A stretch of 64,000 nt of DNA from a virus (lineage: Duplodnaviria > Caudoviricetes). The notes under the pieces are model-generated. The model ran no database searches. It was not told where the DNA came from and saw only the letters and a program-made list of their open reading frames with translations. The stretch covers positions 115,513 to 179,512 of IMG/VR virus record IMGVR_UViG_3300020577_007160. The stretch is one strand, 5' to 3'. Position numbers and translations under genes: made by a program. Positions 56,230 to 64,000 of the stretch are shown one piece after another. Numbering within the stretch: position 1 is the first letter of the stretch; every line of letters begins with the position of its first letter.

Positions 56230-56502
56230 TTAGGAATAAATTGAAGTTTTTGATTCCACGTATTCTTTTAGAATATTGTAGTCAATTTGATCTAAGATAT
56301 CTGAATACCCAAAATTATCTTTTAATTTATCTACAAAATTAGAAAGATCAAGGATAGAACTAGCATCTAGTACAATATCCAATAAATCTTCTGGATTTAC
56401 ATCTTCTAAGACTACACCTAATTTTGGAGTAAATCCAGTATAATGTTCTGGTGTAATTTTTGATATTTGAGAACATCCTATTTCGAGTTGAATAGTATTC
56501 AT
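56230..56502 (-). CDS. hypothetical protein
   Basis: 90-aa ORF. Confidence 0.5.
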   Translation of the reverse strand: MNTIQLEIGCSQISKITPEHYTGFTPKLGVVLEDVNPEDLLDIVLDASSILDLSNFVDKLKDNFGYSDILDQIDYNILKEYVESKTSIYS

Positions 56503-56511
56503 AATTTTAAA

Positions 56512-56718
56512 TTAAAATGTTACTATAAATTCGTTTATTTTAATATCAGGAGACTCAATAATTTTTATTCCTTTGTAAGATTTATGATATTCAACATCTG
56601 GTATAGCACCACGCAATTCATAATATGTTTGTGGATGAACAATAATATAAGTTGGATCTCGATGATTTAAATTCACACTATCCCATATTTTTGAATCTAA
56701 TTGTTGTTGAATTGTCAT
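56512..56718 (-). CDS. hypothetical protein
   Basis: 68-aa ORF. Confidence 0.5.
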   Translation of the reverse strand: MTIQQQLDSKIWDSVNLNHRDPTYIIVHPQTYYELRGAIPDVEYHKSYKGIKIIESPDIKINEFIVTF

Positions 56719-56720
56719 GA

Positions 56721-57233
56721 TTATTCCTCTAATAAAATGGGAAGATTTACTTCTTCTATAGATCGAATAAACGAATCAAACTTTTGAGTAAAATCCAATC
56801 GGAGTCTATAAGTCTTTCTTTCTGAAAGACTAAACCTCAATAAGTAATTTGTTTCTATAGCACGTAGAACGTGTAACAACGCATAGGAGTCTAAGCGCGG
56901 AACTTCTTTATTCAGGAAATCTAGTAAAAAATTAGAACCATCAATATAAATTAAATTCTTGATTTCATTTCTACCAACGAGACTTAGGAATTTCAAGAAT
57001 TGATCTCGAGATCTACCAATATAGGAAGACCTAGTGCAAATGCAATTCTGAGGATCAAATAGTATTCGTTGGACTTCTTCCGGTGGAATGCTCGCAAAAT
57101 CTGGAACAATAACCATATCATCTAAGCATGACTTCGGAACACAACCTGAGTCCTCTGCTATTTCTCGAAATAATTTAGCATCTGATTCGGCAGCACCTCT
57201 CCAAGAGTTCTCGATGAAAACAAGTTTCTTCAT
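56721..57233 (-). CDS. hypothetical protein
   Basis: Start moved to ATG 57233 (MKKLVFIEN), ATGA-coupled to the upstream gene. Confidence 0.55.
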   Translation of the reverse strand: MKKLVFIENSWRGAAESDAKLFREIAEDSGCVPKSCLDDMVIVPDFASIPPEEVQRILFDPQNCICTRSSYIGRSRDQFLKFLSLVGRNEIKNLIYIDGSNFLLDFLNKEVPRLDSYALLHVLRAIETNYLLRFSLSERKTYRLRLDFTQKFDSFIRSIEEVNLPILLEE

Positions 57234-57451
57234 TTTGAAGTATTTCCCTTCATTTTTAAAATATTCCCGAATTGTTCTAGTAACAATGCTGCACCTTGCA
57301 GAATGAAAATCTCGATAAAAACTAGAATTATTCGTTGCCACACTTCCGTATGTAGGATCCAAATCGGATCAAATGTTATAGCTATCCCTAAAGCATAAAA
57401 GACCATATTTATGGCACTAAATGCAATCAATAATTTTAGTAGATATTTCAT
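57230..57451 (-). CDS. small two-TM membrane protein
   Basis: Two hydrophobic helices. Confidence 0.55.
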   Translation of the reverse strand: MKYLLKLLIAFSAINMVFYALGIAITFDPIWILHTEVWQRIILVFIEIFILQGAALLLEQFGNILKMKGNTSK

Positions 57452-57454
57452 AGA

Positions 57455-57739
57455 TTATCTTGTGTATATAGGTAAAATAGTAAGATAGTAATTTTGATCC
57501 CCATATATTCGTTCCTTTTCCCAACGATAGACTTCTGATACCCGATATTTTGCCTGTTCCTCGCTGTCGAATTTATCGGCTTTTGTTATGCATTTTTCAA
57601 AGGAATAATGAACATAAACACGATTGGTATTGAAGTCGTCTCGTTCCGAAGTACATACGTAGTCTGTTGGCGCAACAGTCTCTTTGCTGTTGATAGTCAC
57701 GGACATCGGGATTCTTTGAATCACATATCGTAGTTTCAT
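57455..57739 (-). CDS. hypothetical protein
   Basis: Coupled ORF. Confidence 0.5.
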   Translation of the reverse strand: MKLRYVIQRIPMSVTINSKETVAPTDYVCTSERDDFNTNRVYVHYSFEKCITKADKFDSEEQAKYRVSEVYRWEKERIYGDQNYYLTILPIYTR

Positions 57740-58161
57740 ATATTACAATCTTTCATAATTTTTGGTTTAAAAAGTTCTACCATTATTTTAAAATCGTCGT
57801 TATTGTATTCACACCCATAAAGATATAAAAGCACAAAATACGTTGAATGTTTCTGATGCTCTGCAAATATCTTTGGAATTATCTCCATAGTTTTATGGTA
57901 ATCTAGTTTCACATAATAAATTACTTCTCCATAATCTTTTAAATTAGGGTAATCATTTTCATATAAAATTAACATTCTTTCTACGTCTTCATTGCCGTAT
58001 TGGCAATCATAAAGAAATGCAAGAACAAAATATGTTCCATATTCTTCATAGATATCTCGGATCATTTGATAGGATCTTCGATACTCTGCTTCCTTGCTGC
58101 CTCCTGGACAACCAAGACTTTGCCAATAAAGTGCATTATTTTGTATTTCTTCTTTTGTCAT
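57736..58161 (-). CDS. hypothetical protein with tandem duplicated domain
   Basis: Start MTKEEI at 58161; TYFVL..LY.C.Y.N.D...M twice. Confidence 0.55.
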   Translation of the reverse strand: MTKEEIQNNALYWQSLGCPGGSKEAEYRRSYQMIRDIYEEYGTYFVLAFLYDCQYGNEDVERMLILYENDYPNLKDYGEVIYYVKLDYHKTMEIIPKIFAEHQKHSTYFVLLYLYGCEYNNDDFKIMVELFKPKIMKDCNI

Positions 58162-58162
58162 A

Positions 58163-58516
58163 TTAATCAAACAAATCAGAATAATTAGGAACAAAAATTC
58201 TTTTCGAAGAGAACTCGTACTCAAAAATATAATTATGCCCTGGATCACCCCAAATCTGAAAATCTTTGCGGATTATGATGAACAAAAAAGCTGAACCATA
58301 TAATGGAGTTATAGTGATATTATCAGTCGCTGTCCAAAACTTAGAAATCGGAAATTTCTTATTAAAATTATGAGTAACTTCACCACCTCTATTGAGGTAC
58401 TCTCTGAGCCACATAGCATAGTCTTCTTTCAATGCAGGTCGTAGGGCTTTTTTCCAGGATTCGGAAAGAATCCTAGATTCAAGTATCTTCTGCTTCCAAT
58501 AAATAGGGGATTCCAT
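58163..58516 (-). CDS. hypothetical protein
   Basis: 117-aa ORF. Confidence 0.55.
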   Translation of the reverse strand: MESPIYWKQKILESRILSESWKKALRPALKEDYAMWLREYLNRGGEVTHNFNKKFPISKFWTATDNITITPLYGSAFLFIIIRKDFQIWGDPGHNYIFEYEFSSKRIFVPNYSDLFD

Positions 58517-58547
58517 GAGTTCTGGTTTAATCCAAGTATTAAATAGT

Positions 58548-58584
58548 AAAAACGCCCTTTCCTAAGTAGAGGAAAGAACGTTTT
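58548..58584 (-). terminator. intrinsic terminator overlapping a promoter motif
   Basis: CGTTCTTTCCT/AGGAAAGGGCG stem (two G-U pairs) plus TTTTT. Confidence 0.65.
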
Positions 58585-58598
58585 CAGATTGTTAAGAT
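58574..58598 (-). promoter_or_regulatory. bipartite phage promoter
   Basis: ATCTTA-N12-CGTTCTT. Confidence 0.6.
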
Positions 58599-58601
58599 TC
58601 T

Positions 58602-58889
58602 TTAAATATTTTTCTCTAAAGAATCAATATGTGAACTGATTGTGTCCCGAAGGCACTTCAAACAAACATGGGTATCATGGGTATCCACTTCATAGGTTTC
58701 TTCTGTCAGAGATCCCTCAATGATGTGGCTGTGTATTTCAAAATAAAAACCAAACGTCAAATCTATCAGGGGATTTGATAATACCATTGGAATAAATTCC
58801 GAATGATTCAGTTTTCTAGAAACATCCAAGGTCAATTTTTGTGGGAATGTTCCACCACATTTATCACAAACTATATGAATTAATTTCAT
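58602..58889 (-). CDS. zinc-finger-like small protein
   Basis: CDKC...HVCLKC. Confidence 0.55.
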   Translation of the reverse strand: MKLIHIVCDKCGGTFPQKLTLDVSRKLNHSEFIPMVLSNPLIDLTFGFYFEIHSHIIEGSLTEETYEVDTHDTHVCLKCLRDTISSHIDSLEKNI

Positions 58890-59242
58890 TTGATTCTTGC
58901 ATAAAATTTTGTGCCTTCCGGAGAACAGAATCGTTCTTCCAATTTGACTACCTGAAGTATCTCAGGCGTAACTTCATTGGGTTTCAAAGTACGAGTAGTA
59001 TAAGAAATTCTATCTGTTTTAGTTCCCTCCTCTATAACAAAATAGAACAATCCCCAACCCTCACTATCGTATTCAGTATAGTAAAACAATCCTTCTTCTT
59101 TCGGGGGAAATGCTTTATCCCAAGGATGTATCTGATAGAATTTTTCTCCTATCGCACAATCTTTTAATCTTGTTTTTATTTTAACTTGTTCAGTCTTTCC
59201 AATTTTCATGATACATTTCCCAAGAAAGTTTTGAAAAATCAT
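58886..59242 (-). CDS. hypothetical protein
   Basis: True start probably MKIGKT. Confidence 0.5.
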   Translation of the reverse strand: MIFQNFLGKCIMKIGKTEQVKIKTRLKDCAIGEKFYQIHPWDKAFPPKEEGLFYYTEYDSEGWGLFYFVIEEGTKTDRISYTTRTLKPNEVTPEILQVVKLEERFCSPEGTKFYARIK

Positions 59243-59474
59243 ACAAATCTAAATAAGAAAACTCAGTATTTGGGGGAAGACACATTCTCCGAATTAAAGA
59301 CTCGGGGCTACATTTTGTGATTATCCATTCTTGTTTCTTATTCCCCCAATCTATTTTTTCGAGTTCTTCCTGCAAAGATGAAGAATCCTTTAATATAAAG
59401 GATTTTTGTTTTATTTCTAAATCTATTTTGGACGGTCTTCCTTCATCTACTTCATAAATAAAAAATGTTTCCAT
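59190..59474 (-). CDS. hypothetical protein
   Basis: 94-aa ORF. Confidence 0.5.
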   Translation of the reverse strand: METFFIYEVDEGRPSKIDLEIKQKSFILKDSSSLQEELEKIDWGNKKQEWIITKCSPESLIRRMCLPPNTEFSYLDLYDFSKLSWEMYHENWKD

Positions 59475-59484
59475 ACTTTTATAA

Positions 59485-59697
59485 TTATTTCACAATCTCA
59501 AATTTATAGAACTCTCTCCAACCCATAAATTTTATGGTATTTTTATTTTGCCAGCATCCTACTCCTACTTTTGGATCATTAGGTTCTAATGATTGCACTT
59601 GGACTATTTCCCCATCCCCTACCTTTGTGACCCTGTAATGCTTATGTGCTATGTTAGAGTTTCCAGTGACCCTGAGTATTTTCCCAAGAAAATTCAT
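59485..59697 (-). CDS. hypothetical protein
   Basis: 70-aa ORF. Confidence 0.5.
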   Translation of the reverse strand: MNFLGKILRVTGNSNIAHKHYRVTKVGDGEIVQVQSLEPNDPKVGVGCWQNKNTIKFMGWREFYKFEIVK

Positions 59698-59721
59698 AAA
59701 ATACCGGATCCTAATTAATGA

Positions 59722-60054
59722 TTAATATTGATTCTTAAGGTTTTCCATTTCATGTTTTAAAAATTCACGATACTCATCCAGTAAAATATGTTGAATTGTT
59801 CTAGCCCAAGATTCCGTCAATGCAAACCATCTATTTATATAAATATAATTATTAATAACAATTTCAAGAAATTTACGATTATCCCTGCCTTTAACTACTA
59901 CTGCACCTTCTACTTTGACTACCTCGAGGTTTTCATCAATAGTCCAAACATAGTTGTACTCATCAACAGGCAGAACCCTTGAATACTCTTCTAGTAATTC
60001 ATCTGTTATTTCTGGTAAATCAAAAGCAAAATTTAATGTCTTTATATTTGTCAT
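59722..60054 (-). CDS. hypothetical protein
   Basis: 110-aa ORF. Confidence 0.55.
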   Translation of the reverse strand: MTNIKTLNFAFDLPEITDELLEEYSRVLPVDEYNYVWTIDENLEVVKVEGAVVVKGRDNRKFLEIVINNYIYINRWFALTESWARTIQHILLDEYREFLKHEMENLKNQY

Positions 60055-60070
60055 GATATTTTAATTGTAT

Positions 60071-60406
60071 CTATGAATAAATAACAACTTCATCACGAAA
60101 ATAAATATGGATCTTCTTATATTTATATTGATACGAATTGTCTTCAATATAAAGAATATCTTTTATATTGTTAGTTTCTAAGTATTTTCTTATTTCCTCA
60201 TAGATACCCGCTTCCAGATTCTTCACTTCACCAAAGGTGAGAGCATCAAGTTCATGCATGCAGGAAATTTTAAGTCTTCCTCCACTGCTATAAACACTAA
60301 CTTCACCTTTGATAGAAAAATAATAACGATTGAAATCATACTTCTTAATAAAGTTTTCAATGATTTCTTTTATGAAAACTAAGTGCTTGGTTCTAGGATT
60401 ATTCAT
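60071..60406 (-). CDS. hypothetical protein
   Basis: 111-aa ORF. Confidence 0.55.
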   Translation of the reverse strand: MNNPRTKHLVFIKEIIENFIKKYDFNRYYFSIKGEVSVYSSGGRLKISCMHELDALTFGEVKNLEAGIYEEIRKYLETNNIKDILYIEDNSYQYKYKKIHIYFRDEVVIYS

Positions 60407-60431
60407 TTAAATTACTACTTGATTATAAAAG

Positions 60432-60515
60432 TACTACCAGTGGGATTCGAACCCACACTCCCATACAGGAACAAGATTTTAAGTCTTGTGAGTCTGCCAG
60501 TTTCTCCATGGTAGT
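60432..60515 (-). tRNA. tRNA-Leu(TAA), CCA not encoded
   Basis: Acceptor ACTACCA/TGGTAGT+A, anticodon arm CAAGA-CTTAAAA-TCTTG, long variable arm, T-arm GTGGG-TTCGAAT-CCCAC. Confidence 0.93.
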
Positions 60516-60526
60516 ATCCACTGAAC

Positions 60527-61102
60527 TTATTTCAAGAACGATAAGTACGTTTTAATTAACCTCAGAGTTTCTGCTTTTGCTTCTAAAATAGAAACTCTTA
60601 CGCAATTCGCGTAGGGAAGATTTGTAGGTGTCAATTTTAAATTAAGTAATTCATTTGTCCAAGTATTGGTAAGAGAATCTAAGCATTCTCGGACTCTTCC
60701 AATTTCCCCGTTCTTCTCATCCTTGCATGCTTCTTTCAAAATAGATATTTGTTCTAATGTAAATTCATTTTTTATAAATTCATCTAATTGCCACTCAACA
60801 AAATGAGTGAAATTATTTTCTCTATTTTCAATGAGCTTACATTGACGTACAGAAAGATCTGATTCTAATTTAGAAAGAAGATTTTCGATTTTTTCTATTT
60901 GTGCTGGTTGAGATATTAATTTTGCAGCGCACGATTCATCGAACAAGAAATACCCTTGTGACTCATGACCCTTTGGGATCTCGTCATAATAACGACCATC
61001 CGTAATGGACAACTCGAGCCAAATGGCTCTTTTTTCAAAGAGGTCTTGGCCACAACGGTTGCAAGTTCCTTGGAGGACAGTGGTTTTGGGTTGGGTTTCC
61101 AT
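60527..61102 (-). CDS. hypothetical protein with N-terminal Cys motif
   Basis: Start METQPK at 61102; CNRCG...WLEL...SQG.F.F...CA. Confidence 0.55.
   Translation of the reverse strand: METQPKTTVLQGTCNRCGQDLFEKRAIWLELSITDGRYYDEIPKGHESQGYFLFDESCAAKLISQPAQIEKIENLLSKLESDLSVRQCKLIENRENNFTHFVEWQLDEFIKNEFTLEQISILKEACKDEKNGEIGRVRECLDSLTNTWTNELLNLKLTPTNLPYANCVRVSILEAKAETLRLIKTYLSFLK
60534..60556 (-). promoter_or_regulatory. bipartite phage promoter upstream of tRNA-Leu
   Basis: ATTA-N12-CGTTCTT ending 18 nt before the tRNA. Confidence 0.55.
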
Positions 61103-61148
61103 TGTGTTTCTTCTCAGAATGTTGGTTGAAAATTTTACTAACACTCTG

Positions 61149-61174
61149 AAGAACGTTTTCTACTTGGTAAGATC
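61149..61174 (-). promoter_or_regulatory. bipartite phage promoter
   Basis: GATCTTA-N12-CGTTCTT. Confidence 0.65.
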
Positions 61175-61181
61175 TTTGAAC

Positions 61182-61625
61182 CTACCATCGAGTCCCATAC
61201 TCACGAACATTGTTGTTCTCAGAATTCACAAATTCGAGCCGTTTGTAATCATCAAATTTCAACTTGCTAAATTCACTCTTATATCCAAAAGTTTCGTGAG
61301 GTGATTTTCCAAGAATACCACTGCAACTTGAAGTAAAATAAACTGGAACACCGTTCCTGAAATAAACCCATCGAGCATAACCTCGAAATCTCAAACAAAT
61401 AGTAGTCTGCGAATATGAATACGAAATATCGAAACCATGTTTATCCTCTAACTTTTTCTGAAGTTTTTGGATTTCAGGATTTACTTTTAAATTTATAAAA
61501 AACTGTGTTGGATTCTTTTTGAGAACATCTTGAATTATTTGAAAAACACCTTCAATAGTAGTGGTTTCAAAAACATCCTCTATCAGTTTTAATCTTGGCG
61601 ATGCTATGAGATCTAATACAGTCAT
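61182..61625 (-). CDS. hypothetical protein
   Basis: 147-aa ORF. Confidence 0.55.
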   Translation of the reverse strand: MTVLDLIASPRLKLIEDVFETTTIEGVFQIIQDVLKKNPTQFFINLKVNPEIQKLQKKLEDKHGFDISYSYSQTTICLRFRGYARWVYFRNGVPVYFTSSCSGILGKSPHETFGYKSEFSKLKFDDYKRLEFVNSENNNVREYGTRW

Positions 61626-62021
61626 TTAATTATCTCCTGGTACTTTGAACTTTTTTCTATAACATAAAATCAGATCATTAAATTTTTCTAAAGAATTTAA
61701 TCCAAAATACTCGTTGTAACCCTTGATATGATCAACAACCTTTCCCCATCTATGAAAAATATTAGGATCATAGGGTTCGTTGGGGAATATGTTATTCCAA
61801 ATGGAATCTAGCCATTCTGGATCAAAATGATAACATAACCCATCTGCACTCCAAAATCTAGAACTTGATTTTGTAGGGTGATTGTCCTTGAAATCAAAAG
61901 TAGGATAAGAATCAGTATAAATATCTGAAGTCCAATCAGGGATATAAACTGCTCCCATGAATTCTGCTATTAAAGCATTACCAAGTACAGTTTCTATTGT
62001 TTGATAATAATGAGTATTCAT
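61626..62021 (-). CDS. hypothetical phage protein
   Basis: N.LIAEFMG...L.YH....WL pattern. Confidence 0.6.
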   Translation of the reverse strand: MNTHYYQTIETVLGNALIAEFMGAVYIPDWTSDIYTDSYPTFDFKDNHPTKSSSRFWSADGLCYHFDPEWLDSIWNNIFPNEPYDPNIFHRWGKVVDHIKGYNEYFGLNSLEKFNDLILCYRKKFKVPGDN

Positions 62022-62027
62022 AGTGTT

Positions 62028-62273
62028 TTAATAATCTGAGTCTTCTTCAAAATCAATAACACTTGCATAATTTGGTTCAGAGGAAAGTAGAGTTATCTTC
62101 CATTTTTCTTCTGGATAAATAAACTCACCATTCTTTGGATTTGAAACATAGTCTCTTGCGCATAAAAGTGCTTCATAAGAACTTTCTGCTCTTATAGTAA
62201 GACTCTTGAGATAGGGTTGAAAATAACTTCCGCATTCAGAATAACAGGATATTTTGTAAATGTTCATAATCAA
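62028..62273 (-). CDS. hypothetical protein
   Basis: Coupled ORF. Confidence 0.5.
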   Translation of the reverse strand: MIMNIYKISCYSECGSYFQPYLKSLTIRAESSYEALLCARDYVSNPKNGEFIYPEEKWKITLLSSEPNYASVIDFEEDSDY

Positions 62274-62542
62274 TACTGTTTGCGAAATTCAGCAATCCTG
62301 ATTTTAGTCCGTTCTTCCTTTAGAAGCAATAAAGCATCTAATGCTTCCTGCGGAGTATTTCCCTTCCCTACTAAAATGGAGTACTCATCCTTTTCTTCTT
62401 TCTCGTATTCACGCCACCATGTATTGCATATGGAATCACTACCTGCGATGTCATCCGGTATTAATTCTGGATCTAAATCCCATGCAGTCCAACGAGCATT
62501 TGAATAAGACCCATTGTAACGATCTTCAACTATAGTAATCAT
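62270..62542 (-). CDS. hypothetical phage protein
   Basis: DRYNG.YS...W.AW...G.G.TP.EA. Confidence 0.55.
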   Translation of the reverse strand: MITIVEDRYNGSYSNARWTAWDLDPELIPDDIAGSDSICNTWWREYEKEEKDEYSILVGKGNTPQEALDALLLLKEERTKIRIAEFRKQY

Positions 62543-62544
62543 AT

Positions 62545-62802
62545 CTAAACTCTTTCCTTAGATGAATTTAATTCTACTACGTATTCTATTATTCTTTTCG
62601 CAGTATCATGCATGGCATCAATAGCTTCCTTCTCAGAAGAGAACGGAGTTTCAGGATCAAAAGAAATTAAATCTTTATGATATGATCCTTCTTTTGTTCT
62701 TCCCATGAACGATACCCATTTTCCAGAACTGATCTGACGGGCTGAAATAACTATATTATCGGGATAATTATTAGCAATTTCAATAGCAGTTAATAAGGTC
62801 AT
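62545..62802 (-). CDS. hypothetical protein
   Basis: 85-aa ORF. Confidence 0.5.
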   Translation of the reverse strand: MTLLTAIEIANNYPDNIVISARQISSGKWVSFMGRTKEGSYHKDLISFDPETPFSSEKEAIDAMHDTAKRIIEYVVELNSSKERV

Positions 62803-63042
62803 TTATTGTTCTGCATTACAATTTGAACAACACTGAATTTTAAATAAATCGAAATTATCTTTTCCAAAAAACTCTTCCATATCGAATTCTGTTAAATCCA
62901 TAACAGCTAAGCAAGATTGATCTGGAATTTTTCTTGAAGTTGCTAACCAAAAGAAAAAATTAGGATCTAATTCAGAATTACAATTATAACATTTCACATT
63001 AAGACATTTTATAAATACGAAGAGGATAAACACGAATAACAT
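62803..63042 (-). CDS. small zinc-finger-like protein
   Basis: CYNC...CCSNC; true start probably GTG at VKCYNC. Confidence 0.45.
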   Translation of the reverse strand: MLFVFILFVFIKCLNVKCYNCNSELDPNFFFWLATSRKIPDQSCLAVMDLTEFDMEEFFGKDNFDLFKIQCCSNCNAEQ

Positions 63043-63208
63043 AATAAGGGATACGATGCTTCTCTAATTTTCCAAGAGAATCAGCTAAGTTTAAACATTC
63101 TTCCTCTGTTGGTTTACTATTGTTTTCAACAACTATTGATCTCATTTCTTCAGAGATCCCAGTAATAAAAACTGCTTCCCAGAGATTACTTGGATTTACT
63201 GTATCCAT
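62999..63208 (-). CDS. hypothetical protein
   Basis: Start moved to MDTVNP (63208), 39 nt below the promoter motif. Confidence 0.45.
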   Translation of the reverse strand: MDTVNPSNLWEAVFITGISEEMRSIVVENNSKPTEEECLNLADSLGKLEKHRIPYYVIRVYPLRIYKMS

Positions 63209-63246
63209 TTTAAATCTATTATAATTGAACAACTCACCACCATCAG

Positions 63247-63270
63247 AAGAACGTGTATTATCTTGTAAAA
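63247..63270 (-). promoter_or_regulatory. bipartite phage promoter
   Basis: TTTTA-N12-CGTTCTT. Confidence 0.5.
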
Positions 63271-63324
63271 AGAAAATGCCATCGTTTGATGGCATTTTGC
63301 AATTATGAATTATAGTAATTATAA

Positions 63325-63690
63325 TTAAGATTTCTGATCTAAAATTAAGTTCAATTTAAACAATAAATTAGGATAATTTATATTAAAATTTTCCATTATA
63401 AATTGTTGATTATAAAATTCTTCCTTTTCAAAAGAAGAAATAAACTGAACACGAAAACAATCTGAATCTTGTATTTTTTCTACTACTTTATAAGAATGAA
63501 CTAATCCAATTGGAAGAACATCAAAAACAAAAATCTGTTTTGACCCCAACTTTAAATATTCAGGAAAAAATACCTCTCCTGCGTCTTCATCGTAAAGAAA
63601 ACAATCTACGTCAAAGAAGTAACAACTATTTACATTCAATGAATTTAAATTTTCTGAAGGATAAAAAAATGAGTCTTTAATCTTTTTCAT
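63325..63690 (-). CDS. hypothetical protein
   Basis: 121-aa ORF. Confidence 0.5.
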   Translation of the reverse strand: MKKIKDSFFYPSENLNSLNVNSCYFFDVDCFLYDEDAGEVFFPEYLKLGSKQIFVFDVLPIGLVHSYKVVEKIQDSDCFRVQFISSFEKEEFYNQQFIMENFNINYPNLLFKLNLILDQKS

Positions 63691-63697
63691 TCTACTT

Positions 63698-64000
63698 TTA
63701 TTCTACTAGTAACATATTATCTAACTTTTTCCATAACCATCCTTTATCTTTTATTTCAGATTTTTTCTCAACAGGTTCTAGAGGAATCACTATTCTTTGC
63801 AAATGTTCCTGTTGGACTTCCTCCATTTTACTCATGAGAATATCTCGTGCATCTTGAAGTCCTAGTGCTCTTCCCATATTTAATAGGGAAAACACGTAAT
63901 CTTCTTGAGTTACAAGTTCCTTCTCTGATTCATTTTTATAATCTGTTCCCTTACTTTTTATCTGATCAGAACAAGATTTATAATATTCAAATATAGTCAT
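63698..64000 (-). CDS. hypothetical protein
   Basis: 100-aa ORF starting at the window edge. Confidence 0.5.
   Translation of the reverse strand: MTIFEYYKSCSDQIKSKGTDYKNESEKELVTQEDYVFSLLNMGRALGLQDARDILMSKMEEVQQEHLQRIVIPLEPVEKKSEIKDKGWLWKKLDNMLLVE

Noticed and set aside
965-62535. All plus-strand ORFs in the track
   Set aside because: They lie antisense to well-supported minus-strand genes, lack motifs and read as shadow frames
1-64000. Stop-codon reassignment (TAG or TGA) as in some large phages
   Set aside because: Core genes are full length in code 11; terL ends in TAG one base before the portal ATG; ATGA coupling is frequent
1-64000. CRISPR array or diversity-generating retroelement
   Set aside because: No regularly spaced repeat-spacer units and no reverse transcriptase; the 116-bp repeat shows no adenine-specific differences

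Overview
A 64-kb, AT-rich segment of a large tailed (myovirus-type, T4-like head/neck/tail) bacteriophage genome. Essentially all genes are on the minus strand and read in the standard code. Positions 1-29 kb are the virion module, in transcription order: terminase large subunit, portal, core/internal proteins, fibre-like genes, SWIM protein, GIY-YIG homing endonuclease, prohead protease-scaffold fusion, major capsid protein, gp13/gp14-like neck, Holliday-junction resolvase, tail sheath, fibre-like genes and probably the start of the tail tube. Positions 29-64 kb are an accessory region: SSB, DEDDh exonuclease, Acb1-like 2H phosphoesterase, rIIA/rIIB, two YqiA-like hydrolases, a metallophosphoesterase, a Csx20-like protein, HAD and macro-like proteins, tRNA-Leu(TAA) and about 60 small hypothetical genes. 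The host is probably Bacteroidota/FCB (inference). The most notable signals are: (1) ten small genes sharing an N-terminal leader (M-x-x-[LI]-E-x-R-I-x-x-L-E-x-K ... x-x-E) fused to unrelated cargo, which suggests a modular capsid-loading and injection system; (2) a 182-nt tmRNA-like RNA without the Ala identity pair; (3) a catalytically degenerate membrane histidine kinase next to the terminase; (4) a bipartite promoter, ATYTWA-N12-CGTTCTY, in about 14 copies; (5) candidate anti-CBASS and anti-type III CRISPR enzymes. All family assignments come from motif recognition by eye; no searches were run.
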